Counted from the stretch's first letter, positions 48,724-58,377 are shown. The stretch is 64,000 nt of DNA from Candidatus Omnitrophota bacterium (GCA_030698625.1 JAUYMS010000026.1:14841-78840), one strand, 5' to 3'. Made by a program: numbers and translations. The notes: generated by a model not told the origin, from the letters alone.

Positions 48724-49716
48724 TTAAGAGTTCCTCTCAGAACGCAATCCGTCACCTAGGGCATTGAAAGAAAGCGCCGTCAAAAAGATAACGACTCCGG
48801 GAAATAACACCCACGGATGGAGCTGGATATGGGCAACGGAAAGCGCTTCGCTAAGCAGGTTGCCCCAACTGATGTCGGGCTCCTGAATTCCCAAACCCAG
48901 CACGCTCAACACGGACTCAGCCAGAATGTAAGAAGGGATGGAGACGCTGACGACAATCAGCAGATAGGAGAAGGTATGCGGGATCACATGGCGCAGGAGA
49001 ATCTCGCCATGGCGCCGTCCGAGAACCCGCGCGGCCATAACGAACTCGCTCTCACGAATAGACAGGACCATGCCTCGCACGACTCGCGCTATCCCTCCCC
49101 ACCCGATAAAGCTCAGAATAACGACGATCAGCATGTAGATCTGTTTTGAGCCAAGTTCAGCCGGAAGCACACCTCGCAAAGCCAAGAGGAAATAAAATCC
49201 CGGGATCATGATAAATAGTTCCGCTGTGCGCATAAGGATCTGGTCGATCCGTCCGCCGAAATAACCGCTGGCTGCACCAATCACGAGACCGAGCACGGTC
49301 GACAGAAAAACACCGAGAAAACCCACCGAGAGCGAGACCCGAGCCCCGAACAGAATCCTTGAAAAAAGGTCCCTGCCGCGGGAATCCGTTCCCAACAGGT
49401 ACAGATGCGCGGGATCTTCGACGCTCAGAAGCCTCCCCCGCGCAACTCGAAGCGGAAAGCGGAGTGAGGTATCCTCTTTATAGTTTCTCCGATAGTATTC
49501 ATCAACTTCAAGTTCCGTTCGATAGACAAACGGCGTCAGATGAAAGTTGCCGTCTTCATCCCAGAAATGGACCTGGCTCGGCGGGTGAAAACTCTCGTGC
49601 CGGCTTTCCAATTGAGGATCATACGGCCCGAGCCAGCCGGCAAAAACGGCAGAGACCATCAACAGCCCCAAGAAAAATGCCGGCAAATGAAAAAAAAGCT
49701 TCGAGCGCCGTATCAA
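48724..49716 (-). CDS. Opp/Dpp ABC transporter permease (OppC-like)
   Basis: LGTDSRGRDLFSR, EFVMAARVLG, SWGNLL, FNALGDGLR; TTG start at 49716 with GGAGG RBS, overlapping the oppB stop. Confidence 0.92.
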   Translation of the reverse strand: MIRRSKLFFHLPAFFLGLLMVSAVFAGWLGPYDPQLESRHESFHPPSQVHFWDEDGNFHLTPFVYRTELEVDEYYRRNYKEDTSLRFPLRVARGRLLSVEDPAHLYLLGTDSRGRDLFSRILFGARVSLSVGFLGVFLSTVLGLVIGAASGYFGGRIDQILMRTAELFIMIPGFYFLLALRGVLPAELGSKQIYMLIVVILSFIGWGGIARVVRGMVLSIRESEFVMAARVLGRRHGEILLRHVIPHTFSYLLIVVSVSIPSYILAESVLSVLGLGIQEPDISWGNLLSEALSVAHIQLHPWVLFPGVVIFLTALSFNALGDGLRSERNS

Positions 49717-50687
49717 TTTGTCCTCCCCAGCCGAATACGCGGATCCATGACCGCCAGCAGGATATCGGCCAATAAGTTCCCGATCACGAGAATAACGGCA
49801 ATCATGACCATGTTTCCGAGCACCAGAAACAGGTCCTGAGTACGAACCGCTTGTAACATCACCTGCCCGAGACCCGGCCATCCGGTAAAAATTTCCACGA
49901 GTGCCGCGCCGCTGAAGAGCGCGGGCAACTCCAAACCGAACAGAGTCACAAGCGGATTGATGGCGTTACGCCCTATATGCTTAAAAAGAATTTTGGCCTC
50001 TGAGACTCGCGAAGCCCGCAAATAAAAGACGAAATCCTTTGAGACCACTTCCAAGGTTTGCGAACGCATCAGGCGAAAAAGATAGGCAAAGGAACTCAAG
50101 CTCAGAACAAAGACAGGTATGGCCATGTGCCGCATGATATCCCAAACTTTCCCGACAGCACTCAGATCGGCATGACCTACGGATCTCATCCCGCCCAGAG
50201 GAAGCGGTCCCCACCGTGAGGCAAGGTAGAGGAGCACGAGGCAGAGAAAGAAATTCGGAATCGCCAACCCCAGGTAAGCCACCAAGCGAAATAGCCGGTC
50301 ACAGAAGCCATCACGATAGAACGCGGCCAGCAACCCTGCAGGAACGGCCGCCAACCACGCCAGCAGAAAGGCCGCGCCCGTGAGCAAAAAGGTATTTCCC
50401 AATCGTGACAACAGCAAATCAAGCACCGGCTGTTTGTAGGCAAAAGAATACCCAAAATCCAGGGTGCAAATATGTTTAAGCCAGTAGAAAAACTGCACGA
50501 GAACGGGTTGATCAAGGTGATACATCGCCTCATAACGGGCGATTGTCTCCGGTGAGATTTGCGGATTCAGACGCAGGCTGTCAAAGTAATTCCCCGGAAC
50601 AAAATGCATAACAACAAAGGTAATCAAGGGCAGGAAAAACAGGACCGGCAGAACACCCACAAATCTCTTTAGCAGAAATCGCATCAT
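49713..50687 (-). CDS. Opp/Dpp ABC transporter permease (OppB-like)
   Basis: LDFGYS, WPGLG, NLLADILLAVMDPRIR. Confidence 0.92.
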   Translation of the reverse strand: MMRFLLKRFVGVLPVLFFLPLITFVVMHFVPGNYFDSLRLNPQISPETIARYEAMYHLDQPVLVQFFYWLKHICTLDFGYSFAYKQPVLDLLLSRLGNTFLLTGAAFLLAWLAAVPAGLLAAFYRDGFCDRLFRLVAYLGLAIPNFFLCLVLLYLASRWGPLPLGGMRSVGHADLSAVGKVWDIMRHMAIPVFVLSLSSFAYLFRLMRSQTLEVVSKDFVFYLRASRVSEAKILFKHIGRNAINPLVTLFGLELPALFSGAALVEIFTGWPGLGQVMLQAVRTQDLFLVLGNMVMIAVILVIGNLLADILLAVMDPRIRLGRTN

Positions 50688-52369
50688 GCTGCAGTCTCGA
50701 CAATCTCTACTTCGTCGATACGATTTATCGCACCGCCCAGCACCGAAGGATTTACATTTGTCAGCCGATTACGTACGGCGTAGATAACTTCGGGAATCAC
50801 GGTATAAATTAACGGCAATTCCTTCACAGCCACCTCCTGCCACTCGTTATAAAGCTCTCGCCTGCTCTCCGTATCCAACGTGGCCAGGGCTTCGTCATAA
50901 ACTTGATCGATCCGGTCCTGCCACGCGGCACCGGAGACGGCCGATCCCCGGTCCCAGAAATGCAGGGTCCCTTTCGATCGCCAGACATTAGCACCGAAAT
51001 GAGGGTCGGGCGAGCCCGTCAACCCGATGAGCACAGCATCCCATTCCCCTGTCGCAACGAGCTTCGCGACAAGACTGTTAAATTCCATAGGCAGGAAATG
51101 AACCTTGAAACCGAGCCGCGCGAGATCCTCGCGTATCATTGCAAGGATTTGAAGCCTCTCGGTATTTTCAGCATTGGTACTGAGCACGAACTCGACGGGG
51201 TTGCCCCCGGCATCTTCGAGTATGCCGTCGCCGTCTCTATCCTCAAACCCCTCGTGGCTAAGCAGGCTCTTCGCAAGGGACAGGTCATAGTCGTAACAGG
51301 CGGCCGTCTGCAAATAGAAATGCGGTGTTGACGGACTCACCGGGGAGCACTGCCTCATGCCCAAGCCCTGATAGACGATGTGAATCAGAGCGTCACGATC
51401 TAGGGCGTGTGCAATCGCACGCCGGAAATTACGATTTTGAAACCAAGCCCGCTTGTGCTTGTCTTTGGACGCTTGGTTAAAAGTCAGAAAATTGGAGTGC
51501 ATCGAAGCACCCACCTCATAAAGCTTAAAACGGCGAGCTTTCTCTAAGGGCTTAAGCAAAGGGAAATCCTTTCCCGTCAAGTCATAGACATCACTCTCGC
51601 CTTCCATAAACTTGAGTAACCTTCCATCGGGACTGGGGATAATCAGCAGCACGATTTTTTCGATATGCGGGAGGCTCCTCCCGCCGGCGTCCTTGCGCCA
51701 ATAGTTTTCGTTGCGAACCAGTTCCACCCGTTCCCCGGGCTCGTAAGAAGCAAGGCGAAAGGGTCCGGTTCCGATAATCTGATCAGGATCCTCATCGGTT
51801 CCCCAAGTTACGGAGAAGTTCCCCGATTCGACGGCAGGCCCGAGAACATGAGCCGGAAGTATCGGCTGGCCCAGGGCTAGCAGAAATGGGGCAAAGGCGC
51901 TGGGCAGCTGAAACCGCACCGCGTGGTCGTCGACCGCCTCGACTGTCATGCGCTCTCCTGCGAGGGTAAAAATATCTCGAGCCGCCGCAATGATGTCATC
52001 GTTGTAAATAAGACGATTGAACGTAAAGACCACATCACGCGCCGTAAAGGAAGTCCCGTCAAACCAGCGGACCTCTTTTTTCAAGAAAAATACCCAAGTC
52101 TTCTGATCTTCACTGATCTCCCAGTGCTCGGCAAGCCATGGCTCGACCTCTCCGGTAATCGGGTTGAGACGCGTCAGGCCTTCAAAGAGATACCCGGTTA
52201 CCTCCTGAGTCGAGGTCTCCTGCGCGACGATGTCGTTGAAGGATTTGGGGTCAGATGCAATTGCCCTGACAAGGGTGTCTGGCGAGGCATGTGCGTTCGA
52301 GGACAGAACTGCTTGGGCCAGTAATACGAACAGAACTTTAGAAAAATATCGCAAGGTGCCGAAAGACAA
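50684..52369 (-). CDS. Opp/Dpp ABC transporter substrate-binding protein (family 5)
   Basis: Signal peptide; DPKSFN, FEGL, WFDG..FTARDV, GTGPF, RNENYW. Confidence 0.92.
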   Translation of the reverse strand: MSFGTLRYFSKVLFVLLAQAVLSSNAHASPDTLVRAIASDPKSFNDIVAQETSTQEVTGYLFEGLTRLNPITGEVEPWLAEHWEISEDQKTWVFFLKKEVRWFDGTSFTARDVVFTFNRLIYNDDIIAAARDIFTLAGERMTVEAVDDHAVRFQLPSAFAPFLLALGQPILPAHVLGPAVESGNFSVTWGTDEDPDQIIGTGPFRLASYEPGERVELVRNENYWRKDAGGRSLPHIEKIVLLIIPSPDGRLLKFMEGESDVYDLTGKDFPLLKPLEKARRFKLYEVGASMHSNFLTFNQASKDKHKRAWFQNRNFRRAIAHALDRDALIHIVYQGLGMRQCSPVSPSTPHFYLQTAACYDYDLSLAKSLLSHEGFEDRDGDGILEDAGGNPVEFVLSTNAENTERLQILAMIREDLARLGFKVHFLPMEFNSLVAKLVATGEWDAVLIGLTGSPDPHFGANVWRSKGTLHFWDRGSAVSGAAWQDRIDQVYDEALATLDTESRRELYNEWQEVAVKELPLIYTVIPEVIYAVRNRLTNVNPSVLGGAINRIDEVEIVETAA

Positions 52370-52375
52370 TGTTAA

Positions 52376-54592
52376 TCAAACGCGCACATTTGATGCCACG
52401 AGTTCGTCAAGAAGCGCACGTACTCCTCGCGTACCCTCAAGATTGTAACGAGCATGACTCTGTGTCATTCCGACTTTAATAGAATAGGCCTCCTTGGGCA
52501 GGGCCTGAAAGAGGTCCTCGTCAGTCCAGTCATCACCGATTGATAGAATAAAGTCATACGGGACACTATTCAGAAAATGCATCCCCCCTACCCCCTTGTT
52601 GACACCGGACATACGGACTTCCACAACTCTGCTGCCTTGAAGTACCTGCAAATCGATCGTCGCGGTGTAATTGACTAGTTCATCGATCAGCTCTTTTTCC
52701 AACATGGAACCCAACTCACTGTCAGCTTTTCGGTAATGCCAGACCAGCGAACAAGTCTTCTCTTCAATCATCGATCCCGGCAGCCGGTCGACAAACAATT
52801 CCAGGATATGGCGGATCTGAGGTTTCCAGTCAGCCGTTTTTGGTACCATCGAGGTCCAGCTTTCGCCTTTACGCCGCAGATAGGCACCATGTTCGGCAAC
52901 GATCCCGACAGGCAGTTTTCCGATCCAGTTTTCCAGTGTATTACGGTCTCGTCCGCTGATGATCACAAGCTCGGTATTCGGCTGCTCTGTCAGCGTTCGC
53001 AAGGTCCGGAGTAGCGCCTCGTCGGGACAGGCCTTTTCGGGATCGGGGACAAAGGAAACAAGTGTCCCGTCATAATCCAGAAATACAATTCGTTTGGACG
53101 CCTCACGAAACTGCTTGAGCAAATCCTCTCTCGCGGTAGCTCCCAAGACACGCGCGCTAAAGCTCTTCTGCTCTTCCTTGACCCTACGCAGATGCTGTAT
53201 AAAATCATTGGCCCAACGGATCACGTCATACCGTCTAAGACGGTCCTGCATAATCCGGTTTCTTCTGCGCTGCTCCTCCACCGGCATGGTGAGGGCCTGC
53301 TGAAGCGCATCAACGATCTCTTCTTGGTCGTTCGGGTTGACGATAACCGCCTCGCCCAGTTCTTTGGCTGCGCCCGCCATTTCACTCAAAATGAGGACAC
53401 CCCGCTGATCATTGCGGCTGGCGATGTATTCCTTGGCGACTAAATTCATCCCGTCACGAAGGGGCGTTATCAGAGCGACATCACTCAAACCATAGAGGGC
53501 CACGAGTACCTCAAAGGGGACAAAGTTGTATTGATAAAGTGTAGGGGTCCAATGAATGGTGCCGAAACGCCCATTGATACTGCCGACAAGCTCGTCGATT
53601 TTCTTCTTCATTTGACGGTAATGCTCGACGCCGATACGCGACGGCACTACCTTCATAACCAAGATGACCTGACCATGCCATTCCGGGTGACGTTCCAGAA
53701 AAAGTTCATAAGCCTGCAGACGATTAATGACACCCTTTGTGTAATTCAACCTATCCACTGAGAGAATCACTTTGTATCCGGCCAGAGGCTTCTGTAGCTT
53801 CTCCTTTTTCTTCTGGACTGTCCCGCTCGCAGCCGTGGCGAAAAACCGATTAAAATCAATCCCCATAGGGAATGTGTCCACCTTAACAATTTGATTACCC
53901 GCAATGAGCTGCCCCATTTTATGCTCGAAACCAAGGGTACGCTGCACACTGCGCAGGAAATACTGGGCGTAGTCATGAGTGTGAAAACCGACAAGGCTGG
54001 CCCCAAGGATTCCTTCGAGAATCTGACGGCTCCACTTCTTGGGCAGCATGCGATAGATCTCAAAACTTGGGAATGGAATATGAAGAAAGAACCCGATGGG
54101 ACTCTCAGGTGCTTTTTCCCGCAGCAGTTTTGGCAAAAGCATCAGCTGATAATCATGTACCCAGATGATGTCATCCGGCCGGAGGATCTCTTCGACGGCC
54201 TGGCAGAAGCTCTCATTGACGCTTTGGTACTGGGTCCAGTACTCCCCGTCGCAGATAACATTCGCCGTAAAGCAGTGAAAAAGGGGCCATAGGGTCTTAT
54301 TACAAAAACCATGATAGAACTTGTCCATGGCCTTTTCGGCCAAAAATACAGGATGGGCGTGATACTCAGAATTTAGCTTTTTGCGAACCTCCTGTTGCCG
54401 CTCTTCGGGAACAGAAAGGCCGGGCCATCCGATCCATACGTATTCGAGCTCTTGGTTACGGGAAGCCTGCAGGGAATTGAGGTAGGCGCTGATGCCTGAT
54501 ACAAGCCCTCCGGCGCTCTCTTGATAGAGAAACTCTTCTCCCTTTTGTTCGAGAGTAATCGGCAACCGATTTGAGATGACGAGTAGTCTCAT
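52376..54592 (-). CDS. otsAB: bifunctional trehalose-6-phosphate synthase/phosphatase (OtsA-OtsB fusion)
   Basis: SNRLP, WVHDYQL, FLHIPFP, DGMNLVAKEY; HAD domain FLDYDGTL, GDDWTDED. Confidence 0.95.
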   Translation of the reverse strand: MRLLVISNRLPITLEQKGEEFLYQESAGGLVSGISAYLNSLQASRNQELEYVWIGWPGLSVPEERQQEVRKKLNSEYHAHPVFLAEKAMDKFYHGFCNKTLWPLFHCFTANVICDGEYWTQYQSVNESFCQAVEEILRPDDIIWVHDYQLMLLPKLLREKAPESPIGFFLHIPFPSFEIYRMLPKKWSRQILEGILGASLVGFHTHDYAQYFLRSVQRTLGFEHKMGQLIAGNQIVKVDTFPMGIDFNRFFATAASGTVQKKKEKLQKPLAGYKVILSVDRLNYTKGVINRLQAYELFLERHPEWHGQVILVMKVVPSRIGVEHYRQMKKKIDELVGSINGRFGTIHWTPTLYQYNFVPFEVLVALYGLSDVALITPLRDGMNLVAKEYIASRNDQRGVLILSEMAGAAKELGEAVIVNPNDQEEIVDALQQALTMPVEEQRRRNRIMQDRLRRYDVIRWANDFIQHLRRVKEEQKSFSARVLGATAREDLLKQFREASKRIVFLDYDGTLVSFVPDPEKACPDEALLRTLRTLTEQPNTELVIISGRDRNTLENWIGKLPVGIVAEHGAYLRRKGESWTSMVPKTADWKPQIRHILELFVDRLPGSMIEEKTCSLVWHYRKADSELGSMLEKELIDELVNYTATIDLQVLQGSRVVEVRMSGVNKGVGGMHFLNSVPYDFILSIGDDWTDEDLFQALPKEAYSIKVGMTQSHARYNLEGTRGVRALLDELVASNVRV

Positions 54593-54676
54593 AGGCTAAG
54601 GTGTATGATCGTACGACAAAAGGGGCGTCTTGTCACCCCTTTTGCACTGTTGTAATATGCGGCAGTGACACCTTTG

Positions 54677-55640
54677 CTGACAAAAAAGATGTTCCGCCTT
54701 TTCCGGGCCTATGGAAAGCCGTCGGTCCCGGCATCATCTCGCTCGCACTCGCACAAGGAACTTCGCTTGCGGCCCTGACTGATTTTCCTCACGACTGGTC
54801 ACCGAAGGCTCAGACTTTGTTCTGGACGTCTCTGTCCATGGCTGTCTTCTTCTTTGGCATGATGTCCCGAGCAAAGTTGTGTATCAGTTCGTGGAAAGGG
54901 TGATGTGGGTGGTTTCAATCGTAACAATCGTGGACCTGCTAATCGCGTGCTGCCATCCTAATGTGAGACCCGTGCTCGGCCGTGAGGTCCGGCTGACTCA
55001 ACCAAACTCTTGACCGCGGTAAGCTTTGCCGGTCTCGGAGGCTTCTGGTCACTTTTCTACTCTTACTGGTTAAAGGAGAAAGGGGCAGGCATGGCCGCCT
55101 ACATGGGCCATCTGAGCGGCCCGATTATGGGCAAGAAAGACTTTATCCCCACCTCCGGCTTTACCTTTGACGACACAGATATAAATATGTCACGCATAAG
55201 ACAATGGCGCCGTTATTTGGCGGCGGATTCCGCCATCGGTGTCCTGGGCAACCTCATCACCACATTAATGACCTGTTTGCTGGCCTATGCCCTACTTCAC
55301 CCACAGAATATTCTGCCGGACGAATAAGAGATTGCCGTCGTGCAGGCGCGCTTCTTTGAGATGAGCTGGGGATCGCCACCCTGGACGCCGTCAGCCGGAT
55401 CCACACTGATTTTGCTCAGAATTTCTTTCCTAGTCCTCGTAATGTTTCAGCGCAGAAGTGCTATTCCTTCTTTGCGATACTGCTCACGATCGTGACTTCC
55501 CTCACCGTTCTGTTTAATGCACCCGACCCTCTAATCCTGCGCCGTGCCGTTATAGGATTTGCCGGCACCGCTATCGTTTCTTTCGCAACCCTATTCGTCA
55601 ACCATGGCGTGCGTCCAAAACTTATCCCAGGACATGCCGT
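54677..55640 (+). pseudogene. degraded Nramp-family-like membrane transporter
   Basis: Fragments in different frames: PPFPGLWKAVGPGII..LAQG; SKVVYQFVERVMWVVSIVTI; TAVSFAGLGGFWSLFYSYWLKEKGAGM; in-frame TAA at 55325-55327 followed by EIAVVQARFFE; then TLDAVSRIHTDF in another frame. Boundaries approximate. Confidence 0.7.
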
Positions 55641-55936
55641 GCCTCCCGCTTGGTCATTCTGGGGATTATTGTTTCTGCGATCGTTTATTCCGCACTTGCG
55701 CTTCTCTACTTCGGTCAATTCTTCCGCACGTAAGATTAAAATTCGGACAAAGCAAACGTTTTTTCAAATAAAATCGTTTTTTGCCTGGAGCCCCTAAAAA
55801 CTATTTTCACAATCTTTAATTTTTTTCTTGTAAATAAGTTAAAAATAATCTAATACAGTCGTTAATTACTATCGGAGTGCGGTTGTGTCCAAGCGCCTCC
55901 GGTTGTTAACCTAAGTAAAAAACAAAGGAGCCATAA

Positions 55937-56014
55937 ATGGCGAAGAAAAAGAAAGCGAAGAAGGCAACGAAGAAAAAAGCAACGAAGAAAAAAGCAACGA
56001 AGAAGCGTAAGTAG
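55937..56014 (+). CDS. 25-aa Lys/Ala-rich histone-H1-like microprotein
   Basis: Not in ORF track. MAKKKKAKKATKKKATKKKATKKRK*; AAGGAG RBS 6 nt upstream; followed by an intrinsic terminator. Confidence 0.8.
   Translation: MAKKKKAKKATKKKATKKKATKKRK
55964..56004 (+). repeat. 15-bp tandem repeat GCAACGAAGAAAAAA (about 2.7 copies) encoding ATKKK
   Basis: Read directly from the sequence. Confidence 0.85.
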
Positions 56015-56033
56015 TATTCGGTAGTTTCTTCAG

Positions 56034-56068
56034 AAAGAAAGGCCTGACACACGTCAGGCCTTTTCTTT
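56034..56068. terminator. bidirectional rho-independent terminator
   Basis: AAAGAAA-GGCCTGAC-ACAC-GTCAGGCC-TTTTCTTT between convergent genes. Confidence 0.88.
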
Positions 56069-56089
56069 GTCTACTGCTACCGCATGTAA

Positions 56090-57391
56090 TTACGTCCTTA
56101 CTAGTTCGAGCTCGGTGTTGAGTATCTCAATGCGTCTGTCGATGATGGGTGCCTCGCGGAAACTTTGCCAGACAATCCCATCATGCAGAAGATTGGCGAG
56201 TGAAAGAAAGGCCATGGCCTGATTCGGGGTAAGGTAGTGTTTTGCTGTATCTCCGGTCTTCCAGTTCAGGGAATCCTTAAAACCATAGGCGACCTCTCCG
56301 AGGCTAAGGTCTTGGGACGGCCGGGCCCCCAACTCTTCCATTTTGAGAAGGTTTTTAACGGCCTCCTTGGGGAAATAAATGGCCGCCATCGCCGAGGCAT
56401 AGGGGGCCACAATATCGTCCCTGAGCTCCCCATAAGCTAGATAACGGCCCTGGGGCGTCAGGCATGAGGACCAGCCCCAAACGGGAGCCCCGATCGTGAC
56501 CGCGTGCTTGATCTGCGATCGCACATAGCTGCGTTGAGATTCACCCATTGCAGATTTGCTCTCGTCGATGAATAAACCCGAAAGGTATTGCACATAGAGG
56601 CCGCCTTCTTCCATGCCGGAGACAAAGAATTTCTCTCCCTCGATTTCTTGAACCGGACGGATGAGCGAAAACCAGTGCGTCTTCGGAACCAGCCCCCGTG
56701 CGACAAGATAAAAACTAAGCAGCCGTGTCTCTGAAGCAAAATATTTGTAATACCAATGCCCCCAAGGTTGATAGACGGCAAAGTTATTTGTCGTCACATT
56801 ATAGCCGCCCTTAAGCCAGCCCGTTCGCGCATCATAGAAATCTTTGAAATCCATGCGCTGAATCAGCTCGTGGATCTTAGGGCCAATCTCGGGAAAGGCG
56901 ATCTCGGGAAAGGTCGACTGCGTGACCAAAAACCCTGCGATAAGACTGGCTAGATGGGGTCCGTATGTGAATTCGCTGCCGAATGTCGGCTCCAATGTTC
57001 GGATGACAAACCAAGGCCTCGGAATGCCCCGCCATGTTTCCACTTTCTCCAGACTGGAGAGAGCGCGCAATACACGCCCTTCCGCATCACTCGCTGAAAT
57101 TAAACCCGTGCGATACGCAATGGATGTTGCAGCCAAATAAAGACCGACATTCGTAACCGAAGTCGGAGGCTGGCGAGAACTAGCGTCATACGGAAGGCCC
57201 GACTGGGGTTCTACATATTCAGACAAAAAACGCCACGTATCTTGATAGAGATTGAGGAGGTAGACCGTCTCATCGGGACTCAGATCATCAACCGTGCTAA
57301 GCTCGGTGGCAGACGCCTGAGGAACCCCCACGATCAGCAACGTGCTGATCAGGAAAGCCATACCCCGCTTGGGAAAAGGAATGGATATCAT
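56090..57391 (-). CDS. exported glucoamylase-like glycoside hydrolase (GH144/GH189 beta-1,2-glucan-active type)
   Basis: Signal peptide; TSVTNVGLYL, ASETRL, WGWS, VAPYAS, YGFKDSLN, NQAMAFLSLAN. Confidence 0.75.
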   Translation of the reverse strand: MISIPFPKRGMAFLISTLLIVGVPQASATELSTVDDLSPDETVYLLNLYQDTWRFLSEYVEPQSGLPYDASSRQPPTSVTNVGLYLAATSIAYRTGLISASDAEGRVLRALSSLEKVETWRGIPRPWFVIRTLEPTFGSEFTYGPHLASLIAGFLVTQSTFPEIAFPEIGPKIHELIQRMDFKDFYDARTGWLKGGYNVTTNNFAVYQPWGHWYYKYFASETRLLSFYLVARGLVPKTHWFSLIRPVQEIEGEKFFVSGMEEGGLYVQYLSGLFIDESKSAMGESQRSYVRSQIKHAVTIGAPVWGWSSCLTPQGRYLAYGELRDDIVAPYASAMAAIYFPKEAVKNLLKMEELGARPSQDLSLGEVAYGFKDSLNWKTGDTAKHYLTPNQAMAFLSLANLLHDGIVWQSFREAPIIDRRIEILNTELELVRT

Positions 57392-57410
57392 TTTTTTATT
57401 ATATGCCTAT

Positions 57411-57845
57411 TTACCGGGTCTGGGGTCTTCTTTTTTGCTGGTGCTTAGGCCTCTTACGACGGCTAAGGTCCTCCCGAAATCCCTGAACCACCAGCACTGA
57501 GACCGCATAGTTCAGGAAGAAATAGAGCAACCATACTACAAACGCGCCCCTAATGAAGGATACAACATAGGGACTCCAGTAGATCACTTTACGGGCACTT
57601 AAAAAGCTGTAGGGCCCTGCGGAGGCTGAGGCGTGCTGGGCAAGATAACTGCGCCATCGGGTCTCCTCTGTTCCGGCCACCCGAACCTCAAAGGGTTTGC
57701 CGGTCGCATCCTCCATTTGATAGAAGATGAATTCGGCCGTAGTAGACGGTGTCAGCGCAGCTAAAATAGCACCGATAGCGATGGATAGTACTACGGTAAA
57801 GTAGAAAAAGGTTCTCTTCCCCGAATTGGGTCTCTTAGGACTCAT
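57411..57845 (-). CDS. hypothetical 2-TM membrane protein
   Basis: Two hydrophobic segments and basic termini; start at 57845 or 57866, overlapping the upstream stop. Confidence 0.6.
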   Translation of the reverse strand: MSPKRPNSGKRTFFYFTVVLSIAIGAILAALTPSTTAEFIFYQMEDATGKPFEVRVAGTEETRWRSYLAQHASASAGPYSFLSARKVIYWSPYVVSFIRGAFVVWLLYFFLNYAVSVLVVQGFREDLSRRKRPKHQQKRRPQTR

Positions 57846-58377
57846 TGATGTCTTCCGCCGCTTCATCCCTATTGATTGCGCATAGGCAGGACCATTCGGA
57901 CACCGCACCATAAGTCTTATATAGATAGAGTGTCGAAGCCCGGAATAGGCCGTATTGGCTATCTCCGATATCTTCAGCCAGTCCGGCTTGAACATCGGCA
58001 CCGAGATCGCCGTAAACCAAACTCAGGTGTGGTTGATAGGGCTCGGGCTTGCCTCTGCGGAAAATCCGACATGCGGAATCGTATGCATTATTGAGATGCT
58101 GTGACGGTTCAATCTGCAGAAAGAGATGGTGATAATAATCCTGCCCCTTGTCACAGGCTCCTAAAACGAGATCCAACGGAAGTACATCCTTGGCCAGCTT
58201 GGTGGTCTTGGCGATCATTTCTTCCTCAGGAATCTCGATCTCGCCAATGAGGGTCACATGCGGGAGAAAAACGGGAGTCAACAACTTCCGGCTCAGACGA
58301 GAGATTAGAACCTCCAGCCGGTCTTGAGTCTCACCCTCCGGCATCAACCAGATAGAATATCCCCTAAGTTCCCTCAC
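57835..58377 (-). CDS. 2H phosphoesterase (cyclic phosphodiesterase, CPDase-like)
   Basis: YSIWLMP, FLPHVTL and YQPHLSL (two HxT/S motifs); GTG start at 58377 overlaps the upstream gene. Confidence 0.85.
   Translation of the reverse strand: MRELRGYSIWLMPEGETQDRLEVLISRLSRKLLTPVFLPHVTLIGEIEIPEEEMIAKTTKLAKDVLPLDLVLGACDKGQDYYHHLFLQIEPSQHLNNAYDSACRIFRRGKPEPYQPHLSLVYGDLGADVQAGLAEDIGDSQYGLFRASTLYLYKTYGAVSEWSCLCAINRDEAAEDINES

Noticed and set aside
55325-55327. Stop-codon readthrough or recoding in the transporter remnant
   Set aside because: Accompanying frameshifts and apparent deletions indicate pseudogenisation, and TAA, TAG and TGA all act as normal stops elsewhere in the window.
55937-56068. 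Possible CRISPR array or type I toxin-antitoxin locus at the short repeats and hairpin
   Set aside because: The repeats are 15-bp tandem units without spacers and no cas genes are present; the peptide is basic rather than hydrophobic, and the hairpin is a plain terminator.
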